Shown one piece after another: positions 36,291 through 48,989 of a stretch of 64,000 nt of DNA. Positions within the stretch are counted from its first letter, which is position 1. The number at the start of each line of letters is the position of its first letter. A model generated the notes under the pieces. The model had not been told where the DNA came from, ran no database searches, and was given only the letters and a program-made list of their open reading frames with translations. Source of the stretch: Octopus sinensis (Eukaryota); NCBI RefSeq assembly GCF_006345805.1, contig NW_021834322.1, forward strand, positions 3,770 to 67,769, written 5' to 3'. The position numbers and the translations under genes are program-made.

Positions 36291-36637
36291 ATCAGGTTTC
36301 ACATTATGAGTTCAAATCTTGCTGAGGTCGACTTTACATTTTATTCTTTTGGGGTAGTCATCACCCTAGAGTCAATGTCTTCAACTATTCCCCCATCTAG
36401 CAAAATTTCATGCTCTGTGGTACCTCTTTCAGCTCTTTACATTCTGAGTTCAAATGTTGCAGAGGTCGACTTTATGTTTTATATTTCAAGGAGTCAATAA
36501 AATGGAAAAAATATCAGTTATATCTTGGGGTTGATGTTATCAACTACTCCACTCCACTCCACTCAATGCCTGTGTAATAAAAGAAGGCACCAGATACATC
36601 CATTTTTACTGCTATTGCTCAAAAATTCAATACATTG

Positions 36638-37041
36638 GTGCAGCAGTGGCTGTGTAGTAAGCAGCTTGTTTACCAACCACATGGTTCCGGGTTCAGTCCC
36701 ACTGCATGGCACATTGGGCAAGTGTCTTCTACTATAGCCTCAGGCCGACCAAAGCATTGTGAGTGGATTTGTTTGATGGAAACTGAAAGAAACCCTTCGT
36801 ATATATGTATATATATATATGTGTGTGCGTGTATGTTTGTGTTTGTCCCCCTAGCATTGCTTGACAACCGATGCTGGTGTGTTTACGTCCCTGTCACTTA
36901 GCGGTTCGGCAAAAGAGACTGATAGAATAAGTACTGGGCTTACAAAAGAATAAGTCCTGGGGTTGAGTTGCTCGATTAAAGGCAGTGCTCCAGCATGGCC
37001 GCAGTCAAATGACTGAAACAAGTAAAATAGTAAAAAGAGAG
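36638..37041 (+). mobile_element. SINE family A inserted into the inverted paralog
   Basis: Absent at the equivalent point (~29482) of the other copy. Confidence 0.85.
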
Positions 37042-37171
37042 AGTATTGCCCGAACCAACGATTGAACCTTTGTCCTTTGGATTAGAAGCCCAACACAACA
37101 ATCACAAGGCCATATATACACACTCAGAAATATATGCTTATCCAGCTTAGAAGTTCACTTTCCAAGCATAT

Positions 37172-37245
37172 ATAAGGGAATGCTGAAAAGTTCCTGGCTT
37201 TAAGGGTCTCATGAAAGGCCTGGATGAACTTTTTATCAATATATA

Positions 37246-37281
<36 letters not shown>

Positions 37282-37346
37282 TGTGTATATGTGTTATGTA
37301 TGTATGTATATACATGTATGTATTAATGTATGTATGTATGTATATA

Positions 37347-37382
<36 letters not shown>

Positions 37383-37486
37383 TGTATGTATGTATGTATG
37401 TATATGTATGTATGTGTATGTATGTATGTATATACATGTATGTATATATGTATGTATATATGTATATATATAGTATTATATGTATG

Positions 37487-37520
<34 letters not shown>

Positions 37521-37546
37521 TGTATGTATGTATGTATGTATGTATG

Positions 37547-37577
<31 letters not shown>

Positions 37578-37850
37578 ATATATCCTTTTTTTTCTCTCCT
37601 TTTTTCTCTCCTTGTTTTTTTTCTGTGTATCTTTCTGTCGAAGAGCATAGGCTCGAAATGTAAAAGACTTGTTTTATTTCTATTCCTGAGCACTATACTA
37701 ATACATTTGTTTGTTTGTACTCCACCTGCCTTCATCTTTTGTTTATTTTCGTAAAGTTCTTTTACAGGACTTAGAAAAACTGAAGGACCACTGCAATAAG
37801 TGTGTGGATCTGAGGGGAGGAATATGGATGGCAGAACTTTGGCAGTTCAT
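37172..37850 (+). mobile_element. Mariner remnant (TIR-like start and C-terminus) split by (TATG)n and a pLTR-like repeat
   Basis: TAAGGGAATGCTGAAAAGTTCCTGGCTT at 37173; LEKLKDHCNKCVDLRG at ~37770-37820. Confidence 0.5.
37590..37760 (+). mobile_element. Penelope pLTR-like repeat with hammerhead-like motif (37630-37667)
   Basis: TCTTT-CTGTCGA-A-GAGC-ATAG-GCTC-GAAA-TG-TA-AAAGA. Homolog of 1360-1545. Confidence 0.6.
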
Positions 37851-38321
37851 ATCCAACATTTACAAACCATCATGGATCATACTCTAAATTCTAAAAATAA
37901 AATAAGTTAAAATAAAATTCAATAAAAAGTAAAAATTTGTGAAGCGGAAAATAGAAGATTTTGTGTAATAGTATTTTTCTTAAATATCTTAAATTATCCA
38001 TTATTTACATAAAAATTCTATAAAAAAAGAAGAAAACAAAAACAAAAATAAAGAGAAGAATCTATACAAATACAATGGTTGTTTCAATTTTGGAAATAAT
38101 GAAGAATTCAGTAACTTGATTGTTATTAAGTTGGTGTTTGGAGCCAAGATTAAAATGAAATTTTGACGAAAGGTTTTTAATTTAAACCACTTTACAGCAG
38201 AAAGCTTGCATCAGAGAAGCAGAGGCAGTCTCTGGAGGGTTGATTCCAAAAGAGCTAACCATTTTGGTACCATATTTCAAATGAAATACTCTGCCTTTTG
38301 TTCCACTTAATTTTGAAAATA

Positions 38322-39312
38322 CTCTTTTACTCTTTTACTCGTTTCAGTCATTTGACTGCGGCCATGCTGGAGCACCACCTTTAGTCGAGCAAATCGATCC
38401 TAGGACTTATTCTTTGTAAGCCTAGTACTTATTCTATCGGTCTCTTTTGCCGGACCGCTAAGTTACGGGGACGTAAACACACCAGCACCGGTTGTCAAGC
38501 GATCTTGGGGGTGGGGGACAAACACAGACATACAAACACAGACATACAAACACACACAATATATATATACATATATACGACGGGCTTCTTTCAGTTTCCA
38601 TCTACCAAATCCATTCATAAGGCTTTGGTTGACCTGAGGCTATAGCAGAAGACACTCGCCCAAGGTGCTACACAGTGGGTCCGATGGGCTTCTTTCAGTT
38701 TCCATCAGCCAAATCTAATCATAAGACACTTGAAGACACTTGCCTGAGATGCCACGCAGTGGAACTCAACCTGGAACCATGTGGTTAAGAATCAAATTTC
38801 TTATCACTCAGTCACACCTGTGCCTATTTGCTCAATAACACAACATACTCCACCCAAGAATTGAAACCACAATTGCAAGATTATGAGTGCAACATCCTAA
38901 CAACTAAACCACTGCCTTCAATATATCTATACAGTATGATGGCTGTGTGGTAAGTAGCTTGCTAAACAACCACATGATTCCAGGTTCAGTCCCACTGCGT
39001 GGCATCTTGGGCAAGTGACTTCTACTATAGCCTCGGGCAGACCAAAGCCTTGTGAGTGGATTTGGTAGACGGAAACTGAAAGAAGCCCATCGTATATATG
39101 TATATATATGCGTGTGTGTGTTTGTGTGTCTGTGTTTGTCCCCCTAGCATTGCTTGACAACCGATGCTGGTGTGTTTATGTCCCCGTTACTTAGCGGTTT
39201 GGCAAAAGAGACCGATAGAATAAGTCCTGGGGTTGAGTTGCTCGATTAAAGGCGGTGCTCCAGCATGGCCGCAGTCAAATGACTGAAACAAGTAAAAGAG
39301 AGTAAAAGAGAG
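38322..39312. mobile_element. Family A SINEs: - 38322-38680, extra - head 38683-38826, + 38935-39312
   Basis: Match other copies. Confidence 0.85.
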
Positions 39313-39414
39313 TGTATCTGTTTCAAATTTTGGCACAAAGCCAGCAATTTTGAGGGATGGGGCTAAGTCAATTACATCAACACCAGTATTAAACTGGTAC
39401 TTATTTTAACGAAT

Positions 39415-39757
39415 CTCAAATTCCGCTGAGGTAGACTTTGCCTTTCATTCTTTCGGGGTCGATAAATTAAGTACCAGTTACGCACTGGGGTCGATGTAAT
39501 CGACTTAATCCTTTTGTCTTTCCTCGTTTGTCCCCTCTGTGTTTAGCCCCTTGTGGGTAGTAAAGAAATAGGTATTTCATCTGCCGTTATGTTCTGAGTT
39601 CAAATTCCGCCAAAGTCATCTTTGCCTTTCATCCTTTCGGGGTCGATAAATTAAGTATCAGTTACACACTGGGGTTGATGTAATCGACTTAATCCCTTTG
39701 TCTGTCCTTGTTTGTCCCCTCTATGTTTAGCCCCTTGTGGACAATAAAGAAATAAGA
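39415..39757 (+). mobile_element. Two tandem family B SINE bodies
   Basis: ~175-bp direct repeat. Confidence 0.85.
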
Positions 39758-39764
39758 AATTGGG

Positions 39765-39915
39765 GGCTGGTGAAATCACAGGTTTCTTCTGACCCTTTCT
39801 GGAGATATAGCAAGGAACTGAATCCTACTACCACACATATGGCCTTCCAGCAGCAACCCTCTCCAGTTAAGGATTGACCACAGTCTCTGGTAGCTTCATG
39901 TAGACATCAGAATTG
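39765..39915 (-). mobile_element. maT-type transposase fragment
   Basis: DVYMKLPETVVNP*LERVAAGRPYVW**DSVPCYISRKGQK; resembles the QQDS region at ~23840. Confidence 0.7.
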
Positions 39916-39929
39916 TACCTAAGTACCTA

Positions 39930-40290
39930 AGTAAAAGAGTAAAGAGCAAATCGACCCCAGGACTTATTCTTAGTAAGCCTAGTACTTATTCTATCGGGCT
40001 CTTTTGCCGAACCGCTAAGTTATGGGGACGTAAACACACCAGCATTGGTTGTCAAGCGATATTGGGGGGCACAAACACAGACACACACGCACACACACAC
40101 ACATATATATATATATATACATACAACAGGCCTCTTTCAGTTTCAGTCTACCAAATCCACTCACAAGGCTTTGGTCAGCCTGAGGCTATAGTAGAAGACA
40201 CTTGCCCAAGGTATCATGCAGTGGGACTGAACCCAGAACCATGTGGTTGGTAAGCAAGTTACTTACCACACAGCCACTCTGACGCCTATG
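39930..40290 (-). mobile_element. SINE family A
   Basis: Matches other copies. Confidence 0.85.
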
Positions 40291-41182
40291 GAATATGGAA
40301 TTTTTAAAGGAAATTTTTCACTAAGGTTCACTTTAACCACTTCCTTACCATATTTCTGTTAAAATACACTTTATTTCAATTAATCCTGAAAATAATGAAT
40401 CTTTTAGGAATATACTTTTGACATTATTAAGATGGTGTTTGGGACATTATTAAGTTGATGATTTGAACATTATTAAAACGTTGACTTATAGATGCACAGT
40501 ATTTTGTTATGCAACCTTAATATACTACAAAGTATATTAAACGTTTCTATAAATCAATACCATGTACTTCTGTGTTAGCAGTGTACTTAAATTGTGTGTT
40601 TAGGTCATCTTTACAGATTGGATATGAAACATCGTAACAAAATTAGTGTGGCTATAATTTCTATAGAAAATCTATAAAGATGACCTTAACACATATTAAA
40701 CTGGTGTTCAAGACATTATTAAGTTTTATATCGTTGACAAATATTGGATATATATAATTTAATGATGCGGAGATAAAATTAATGGGTTCACACAACATAG
40801 TTCACAAGACTCCAAAATGCCCTCTCAATCGACTCCTACTGACCTCTGTCTCAACCAATATGCTACTAAGAGTTCAGCTAGTACATTATTATACTTGTGT
40901 TCAATACGTTATGAAGGTGATGTTTAAAACATTATTAAATTGTTATTTTGAATACTATTAAGCTGATGTTTGGGACTATGGCCCCGTTGTGGCCCTAGCG
41001 CAATGTCTGATACAAGTAAAAGGTATACATACATACAAATGTATACATACGTTTTTCATGCATATTTATACAAATATATCTATATAAACAAATATGCATA
41101 TCTGTGTATACATACATTTATATACATTCACACATTAATATACATGTATATATATATATATATACATGTATATATATATTAT

Positions 41183-41408
41183 GGCTGCCCCCTCGTTATC
41201 GAGTATGGCCATTGCACGAAGCTTAACTGTTTCTGGTGCTGTGATCGAATGTGATTTTTTAGCCCAGCTAAAGATCTACAATGTCTTGTACAGAATTGGC
41301 AACTAAAACCTTTACCGGTAATAGCCGGCTGTAGTTGTATCTGGGCTTCATGTACCTTTCCATGTTGTTTAAGTCCTCCTGCCAAATTACACTCTCTTCC
41401 ACATGTCA
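41183..41408 (-). mobile_element. RTE-type LINE 3' end with C-terminal Cys/His motif
   Basis: TCGRECNLAGGLKQH...FSCQFCTRHCRSLAGLKNHIRSQH, ending GGCCATACTCGATAACGAGGGGCAGCC. Confidence 0.65.
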
Positions 41409-41411
41409 TAT

Positions 41412-41833
41412 TCTCTTTTACTCTTTTACTTGTTTCAGTCATTTGACTGCGGCCATGCTGGAGCACCACCTTTTTTTTAATCGAGCAACTCGACCCCGGG
41501 ACTTATTCTTTTGTAAGCCCAGTACTTATTCTATCGGTCTCTTTTGCCCAACCGCTAAGTGACGGGGGACATAAACACACCAGCATTGGTTGTCAAGCAA
41601 TGCTAGGGGGACAAACACAGACACACAAACACATACGCACACACATATATATATATATATATATACATATATACGACGGGCTTCTTTCAGTTTCCATCAA
41701 CCAAATCCACTCACAAGGCTTTGGTCGGCCCGAGGCTATAGTAGAAGACACTTGCCCAAGATGCCATGCAGTGGGACTGAACCCGGAACCATGTGGTTGG
41801 TTAGCAAGCTACTTACCACACAGCCACTCCTGT
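41412..41833 (-). mobile_element. SINE family A
   Basis: Full-length match. Confidence 0.9.
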
Positions 41834-42447
41834 ATATATATATATATATACACACACACATATATCTATATCTATCTATCTATATAAAACAAAATATGGG
41901 GGTTTAGCTCACATGTGATCTGAAGAACTAAACTGGCAACCCCACCAAGTTTGCTTGGTGAGGAGGGTGTTTATTGGACACCCTGCGGGATGACAAACAA
42001 AATCCATCAAACTACGATCTGACCATGCAACAGGTTGTACTGGGTTACATGTTACCAGTAGCACTCGAAAGTGACTTGACATAGATATATATATATATAG
42101 ATAGATATATAAACACACGTGTTTAGAGAAAATGTCAAGGCAGGAATGTGAAAGAGAAAGAATATATAGAATGAATGAAAATAGGTAAGAGAGAGAATTA
42201 GCGTGAGAAAGAAGACTAGAGATGGACTTTGTACCCAAACCAAGGCAACACACATATCAGGAGGAGGAGGGTGGCATAGGGGGTTCAGGTGGTGGTGGTG
42301 AGTGGGGGGGGGTGGTGGCACAGCATGTGGACAACAAGTACTTGGTTATTAGGAAAACCTTTTGAAGGGTTACTCACCGACAGTGAGTGTGTGTGTACAT
42401 ACATGAATGTGTGAGTGAGTGTGTGTGTGTGTGTATACATATCTACG

Positions 42448-42493
<46 letters not shown>

Positions 42494-42555
42494 ATTATAT
42501 ATAATATATGTATGTATATTGTTGTGAATATATATACATGTGTGACGATATGTGC

Positions 42556-42599
<44 letters not shown>

Positions 42600-42885
42600 G
42601 TGTATGTATATGAGTTTATGAGTGGGGTGTGTGGGGTGTGTGGCCACAAGTAAATATAAAGTGACAGCTAAGAATTACAAATGATAGTAGATATTATAAG
42701 TACCCATTTGATATAGGGAAATAAACATTATGGACCCACTGAAGTGTCGCTTATGATTTATATATGCATATACATACACACACACACACACTCATATATA
42801 TACATATGCATGCATCATGTGTGGTGTGTGTGTGTATATATATATACACACACATATAGAAGGCGTATATACACACACGTATAGA

Positions 42886-43115
42886 AGGCGGTGAGCTGGC
42901 AGAAATGTTAGCACACCGGGCAATATGCATAGACGTATTTCGTCTGCCGTTACGTTCTGAGTTCAAATTCCGCCGAGGTCGACTTTGCCTTTCATCCTTT
43001 CGGGGTCGATAAATTAAGTACCAGTTACGCACTGGGGTCGATGTAATCTACTTAATCCCTTTGTCTGTTCTTGTTTGTCCCCTCTATGTTTAGCCCCTTG
43101 TGGGCAGTAAAGAAA
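42886..43115 (+). mobile_element. SINE family B, full length
   Basis: AGGCGGTGAGCTGGCAG...GTAAAGAAATA. Confidence 0.9.
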
Positions 43116-43239
43116 TATATATATATATATATATATAATATATTTATAGACCCACACATATATACATATATATATATACACACATATACACATAAATTCT
43201 TTAAATTCTTTAAAATGTTTCAGCTTTAAAGCTGCGGTC

Positions 43240-43910
43240 ATGCTGGGGCACCACTGTTAACTGAGCTACACCATTATTTGAAACCTCTTCTGACATGTGG
43301 CATCCGGCCAATGCCCTCCCCTGTGTCTCCCACCACAAGGCAGGCCCATCTAGAGCCCCCTGACAGGAAGAGATCCAGATCTGCTTTAAAGAAACCTACA
43401 TCTACACCACGCAGGTCTCCCAAACATTTTGGAAGGATATTGAAGAGCTGTGGGCCCCTGAAACCCAAGCTGCTGCAGCACCTGATCCTGTAATTTGATA
43501 GCAATGCTGAGATCCCCAGCACCATGCAGCAGTGCCCCGCACTGCAGTTTGAGTAACTTCAATGCCAAAGCAAGGCACAAGGTCCTCCAAGATTCTCCAT
43601 CACTGCACACCCCTCCTGCCCTCACTCCAGGATATAAAGCTTAATAATGTCTTGGACACCAGTTTCCTAGTAGCTGATATGTTGCACTGAGATGATTTTC
43701 TTAGTGTAGCTTCATTGGATTGCCTCAAGTCCCACTGTGAATTTTATATTTAGCTGCATGTTGTTGTCCTCAGCCAACTTATATATTACGTCCAACTCCC
43801 ATTGCAGATGTGCAATATTTACAGGATTTTGTATCATCTGAGAGACTTTTCTATCATCTGCATAACTAGCAAGGGTGTCTATCTGAGCAAGAGAAGGTCA
43901 CTATTACTAG
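43240..43910 (-). mobile_element. CR1-clade LINE fragment with RT YADD motif and an internal deletion
   Basis: TLASYADDRKVSQ...LQWELDVIY; ILEDLVPCFGIE; SLGFRGPQLFNILPK...FKADLDLFLSG. Confidence 0.85.
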
Positions 43911-44039
43911 CAATGGAACACCACTTGCTGTTTGTATGTATATACGTACATATATATATATATATAAATTAAGATTTTTTTATTTTGTATATATATATAT
44001 ATCTACATATATATGTATATATACATATATATGATTCAA

Positions 44040-44250
44040 TATGTGACCGTGTGTGTATCGTTGGCGATTTTCCTTCTCCGTCTTCTCTTCCTTGGACCAT
44101 TCCTTTTCCTATGTTTCTGACGAAGAGCTCCACTCGATATGTTAAATTCTCCTTCTTTCTTTCTTTCCTTTCCTGAGTGTCCAATAACACTATACATGTT
44201 CCACGTCCTCGCGTTCTTGTATTTTCTCTTTGTTCATGTTTGGATTAACT
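44040..44250 (+). mobile_element. pLTR-like repeat with degenerate hammerhead motif
   Basis: CTGACGA-A-GAGC-TCCA-CTC-GATA at 44117; the GAAA position is mutated. Confidence 0.45.
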
Positions 44251-44265
44251 ATATATATACATAAT

Positions 44266-44297
<32 letters not shown>

Positions 44298-44439
44298 ATA
44301 TACACACACATACACATACATATGTACATAAATACATACATGTGTATGTTCATACATTCATACCAACATACAAACAAATACATACATGAATACATACATA
44401 TATTACATACATACATTCCTTGTCTGATAACCTTAAATA

Positions 44440-45830
44440 TATGCCCAGAGAAGTTGTACGATTCTACCACGTTGTATGATCAACTAAAAGAATGAGTGAA
44501 TATCAGAAGACAATGCATGAATATGTTAGTAGAAGGCACCAGGACGATAGTAACATTGATCACCAAAGCAGTCTCTCACAGACCAACAACCAGATTAATA
44601 ACTCTGAAGGGCATGCACTTGCAATCCAATAACAAGAAATATCAACCAAATACCTGATGCACAAAAGGGACAGAGATGCAGGAAAAGCACCAAAATGAGC
44701 AGGAGTGGCTGTGTGGTAAGTAGCTTGCTAACCAACTACATGGTTCCGGGTTCAGTCCCACTGCGTGGCACCTTGGGCAAGTGTCTTCTGCTATAGCCCC
44801 GGGCCGACCAATGCCTTGTGAGTGGATTCGGTAGACGGAAACTGAAAGAAGCCTGTCGTATATATGTATATATGTGTATGTGTGTGTGTGTTTGTGTGTC
44901 TGTGTTTGTATCCCTAGCACTGCTTGACAACTGATGCTGGTGTGTTTATATCCCCGTCACTTAGCGGTTCGGCAAAACAGACCGATAGAATAAGTACTGG
45001 GCTTACAAAGAATAAGTCCCGGGGTCGATTTGCTCGACTAAAAGGCGGTGCTCCAGTATGGCCGCAGTCAAATGACTGAAACAAGTAAAAGAGTAAAAGA
45101 GTAAGAGTAACTGATGCAGACTTTGTAGAGTTAACACTGAAGATATCAGCCACATCATAAGCAGTTATCCAAAAATGTCATCGCAGTATTATCTACCGAT
45201 GAGACATGATGCTGTAGCTATGACACTGTATAATGAGATCTGTTGAAAGGATAATCCTGAGGACAAATAGGAACCTACATTATGGTAGAAGCCATAGCAA
45301 CTCATGTTGGTGGAATGTCCCAGTGAAAACCTAAATAAAATGTAAGCATAATAGACCTGACATAGTGATTTGGGATAGAGAAGAGAAACTGTGTAGAGTT
45401 ACAGAAATCAGTTGCCCAGCGGATGGTAACATAAAGCTAAAGATCAGCACAAAAGAAAATACCCATGCTGAACTACTGAGGAATCGACAGCTATTCAATC
45501 CAGATTTATACCTGTAATTATTGGGGTACTGGGATATGTAACACACTGCTTAAATACCAATGTTGAGAAATTAGGCTTCTCAAAACCAGAAAAGAGGAAG
45601 TTGATTCGAAGAATACAGATCCAATCCATCACTGGAACTGTAAAAATTTGTAAAACTTTCCAGAAGTTTATCATTTAAGTATATATGAGCATGACTAGAT
45701 ATGCAACTATACGCATGAGAATACATACATACAGCAAAACATGCAAATCTGCACATATACATACATACATACATACATACATACACTGTTTTTGATGTTG
45801 AAATACCAATGAAGGAGCCTTGGATTTAGG
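44440..45830 (+). mobile_element. R4/Dong-like (restriction-like endonuclease) non-LTR retrotransposon 3' part, split by a family A SINE at 44698-45107
   Basis: AIQ*QEISTKYLM.KR; CRLCRVNTEDISHIISSYP (zinc-knuckle remnant); WWNVP...HNRPDIVIWD...EISCPAD (PD-(D/E)-type); FIPVIIGVLG. Confidence 0.8.
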
Positions 45831-45882
45831 TTAAAAACTGGCTTTCTCTATTGGCAAGAAAATTTGAAATAAAACTGAAAAA

Positions 45883-46051
45883 TAGGCGTAGGAGTGGTTG
45901 TGTGTTAAGTAGCTTGCTTATGAACTACAAGGTTCCGGGTTCAGTCCCACAGCATAGCACCTTGGGCAAGTGTCTCCTGCTCTAGCCTCAGGCCAACCAA
46001 AGCCTTGTGAGTGGATTTGGTAGACGGAAACTGAAAGAAGCCTGTCGTATA

Positions 46052-46090
<39 letters not shown>

Positions 46091-46480
46091 TCTTTACTCT
46101 TTTACTTGTTTCAGTCATTTGACTGCGGCCATGCTGGAGCACTGCCTTTAGTCGAGCAACTCGACCCCGTAAGCACAGTACTTATTCTATCGGTCTCTTT
46201 TGCCGAACCGCTAAGTGACGGGGACGTAAACACACCAGCATCGGTTGTCAAGCAATGCTAGGGGGACAGACACAAACACACACACACACATACATATATA
46301 TACATACATATATACGACAGGCTTCTTTCAGTTTCCGTCTACCAAATCCACTCACAAGGCATTGGTCGGCCCGGGGCTATAGCAGAAGACACTTGCCCAA
46401 GATGCCACGCAGTGGGACTGAACCCAGAACCATGTGGTTGGTTAGCAAGCTACTTACCATACAGCCACTCCTGCACCTAT

Positions 46481-46567
<87 letters not shown>

Positions 46568-46574
46568 TATATAC

Positions 46575-46624
<50 letters not shown>

Positions 46625-46850
46625 ATGTATGTGTGTTTGTGTGTCTGTGTTTGTCCCCCAACATCACTTGACAAGCAATGCTGGTGTGTTTACATCCCCA
46701 TAACTTAGCAGTTCAGCAAAAGAGACCGATAGAATAAGTACTAAGCTTACAAAGTATAAGTCCTGGGGTCGATGTGCTCGACTAAAAGCGATGCTCCAGC
46801 ATGGCCACAGTCAAATGACTGAAACAAGTAAAAGAGTAAAAGAGAATAAA
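45883..46850. mobile_element. Nested family A SINEs: a + copy split at its internal (TA)n by a - copy (46085-46478)
   Basis: + head 45883-46065, - full copy, (TA)n, + 3' half 46615-46850. Confidence 0.85.
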
Positions 46851-46874
46851 GAGAGTAATGACATACATACATAA

Positions 46875-47105
46875 GTGCAGGTATGACTGTGGCAAGGACA
46901 TGGTCCCAGGTTCAGTCCCATTGCATGGCATCTTGGGCAAGTGTCTTCTACTATAACCCCAGGCCAACTAAAGCCTTGTGAGTGGCATTCAGCCACAGAA
47001 ACCAAGTCAAAACAATATTGTAGTCTGGTGCAACTCACCAACGTATCGGCTCCAGTCAAACCATCCAACACATGACAGCATGGTAAACAGACATTAAATG
47101 ATGAT
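46875..47105 (+). mobile_element. Degenerate family C SINE (CORE head plus RTE-like tail)
   Basis: GGTTCAGTCCC..CTTGGGCAAGTGTC...CAAACCATCCAACACATG...TAAATGATGA. Confidence 0.65.
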
Positions 47106-47168
47106 GAGGAGGAGGAAGTGGAGGAGGAAGTGGAGGAGGAAGAGGGGGAGGAAGAGGAGGAGGATATA

Positions 47169-47507
47169 TACACAAGGCAGACAAAATTATGGCTAATTTT
47201 GTCACTTAATTAGGCACATGCCATAATATGATATATGTATGTGTGTGTGTGTTCACATGTTCGTATATATATATATATATATATATGTTTGAGTGTGTGT
47301 GTGTGTGTGTGTGTGCGTGCGTATAATACAAATTTATATAAAAACAAACACATTTGTATACATGTGTGTGTATACATATGGACAATGATTTATAACATAA
47401 GGTAATATATAAGGTATATTGCCTTATGTTATAGTCCATTGTCCATATGTATACACACACACACACATGTATACAAATGTGTTTGTTTTTATATAAATAT
47501 GTATTAT

Positions 47508-47561
<54 letters not shown>

Positions 47562-47665
47562 GTATATATATACAAACATGTGAACACACACACATACATA
47601 TATCATATTATGGCATGTGCCTAATTAAGTGACAAAATTAGCCATAATTTTGTCTGCCTTGTGTA
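47169..47665. mobile_element. ~500-bp foldback palindrome / MITE-like element
   Basis: Arms 47169-47409 and 47415-47665 around a 5-nt loop. Ends TA|CACAAGG...CCTTGTG|TA. Confidence 0.85.
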
Positions 47666-47779
47666 GATTTAAGCATTGATTTAAGAATGTTTATTTACAT
47701 CAGTCATGAGACTAACTTGATTAATGATAAAGACTGCATTATACAATATGTCCTATATTGTTGCTGTTAATGTTATCTT

Positions 47780-48358
47780 TTGTTTGTTTCAGTCATTGGA
47801 CTGCAGCCATTGGATCGCGGCCATGTTGTGGCCATGCTGGGGCATCATCTTGAAGAATTATAGTCAAACGAATCAATCCTAGTACTTTGGGGGTTTTTTT
47901 CTTTTAAGCCAGATACTTATTCTATCAAGTCTCCTTTGCCAAACTGCTAAGTTATGGGGGTGGGCCATAAACACACCAACATCGGTTGTCAAGTAGGGGT
48001 GGGACACAAACACAGACACAAACAAACACAACACACATATATAATTTATATGTTGTTGTTTGTTCCTTCTCGAGCCATGCCTGGCTCATAAGGGCCGATT
48101 TCCCGGTTTCCTTGGCGTATAGGTTCCCCACCTGGACAGGACACTGGTCCATTGCTGGTGAGCTGCAAGATACAGGAGGAAAGAGTGAGAGAAAGTTGTG
48201 GCGAAAGAGTCAGCAGAAGTTCGCCATTACCTTCTGCTGGAGCCGCGTGGAGCTTAGGTGTTTCACTCATAAACATACACAACGCCCGTTCTGAGATTTG
48301 AACCCACGATCCCTCGACCACGAGTCCACTGCTCTAATCTCTTGGCCATGTGCATCCA
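47780..48358 (-). mobile_element. Degenerate family A 3' half plus family F SINE (48055-48358)
   Basis: Match other copies. Confidence 0.75.
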
Positions 48359-48661
48359 CATATAATTTATATAGTTGTTGACTATGGTTAGTCAGAGTTA
48401 CCAATGGTTTCACACCTACAATGCTCTTAGCAATTCAAGTGACTTGTCAAACCTGCTGGCGGGAGGCATATAAACTGGATGTAGGAATACAGTCTTGGTC
48501 AGTTAGGGTTATAAAAAAGAGAAGCCCAAAATGAAATTCTACAAAGCAACATCCCTCCTGGGCAAGCAGAAGTTATACATATATATATGTAAAGTCCTAG
48601 TGAGTCAGAAAATAAAAAAAGCATGGGTCCTTTCAGTGATATGACCCTGCTCGATATGGAG

Positions 48662-48898
48662 AAGGTGGCGTGCTGAGAGAAACGTTAGCACGCCGGATGA
48701 AATGCGTAGCCATATTTCATCTGCCATTACGTTCTGAGTTCAAATTCCGCCGAGGTCGACTTTGCCTTTCATCCTTTCGGGGTCGATAAATTAAGTACCA
48801 GTTATGCACTGGGGTGGATATAATCGACTTGATCTGTTTGTATGTTCTTGTTTGTACCCTCTATGTTTAGCCCCTTGTGGGTAGTAAAGAAATAGATA
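48662..48898 (+). mobile_element. SINE family B
   Basis: Matches other copies. Confidence 0.85.
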
Positions 48899-48989
48899 TG
48901 TAAGAAGGGCATTGGTAGAAATTCCATGCATGGTAGCCAGTGCAAGCTTTGGACACATAAGAGGTGTAGTGGTATCATGGAAATATTAA

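Noticed and set aside
40410-40975. Recurring GACATTATTAAG/GGTGTT motif as a regulatory array
   Set aside because: Only a few irregular, degenerate AT-rich copies; not enough to support any functional call.
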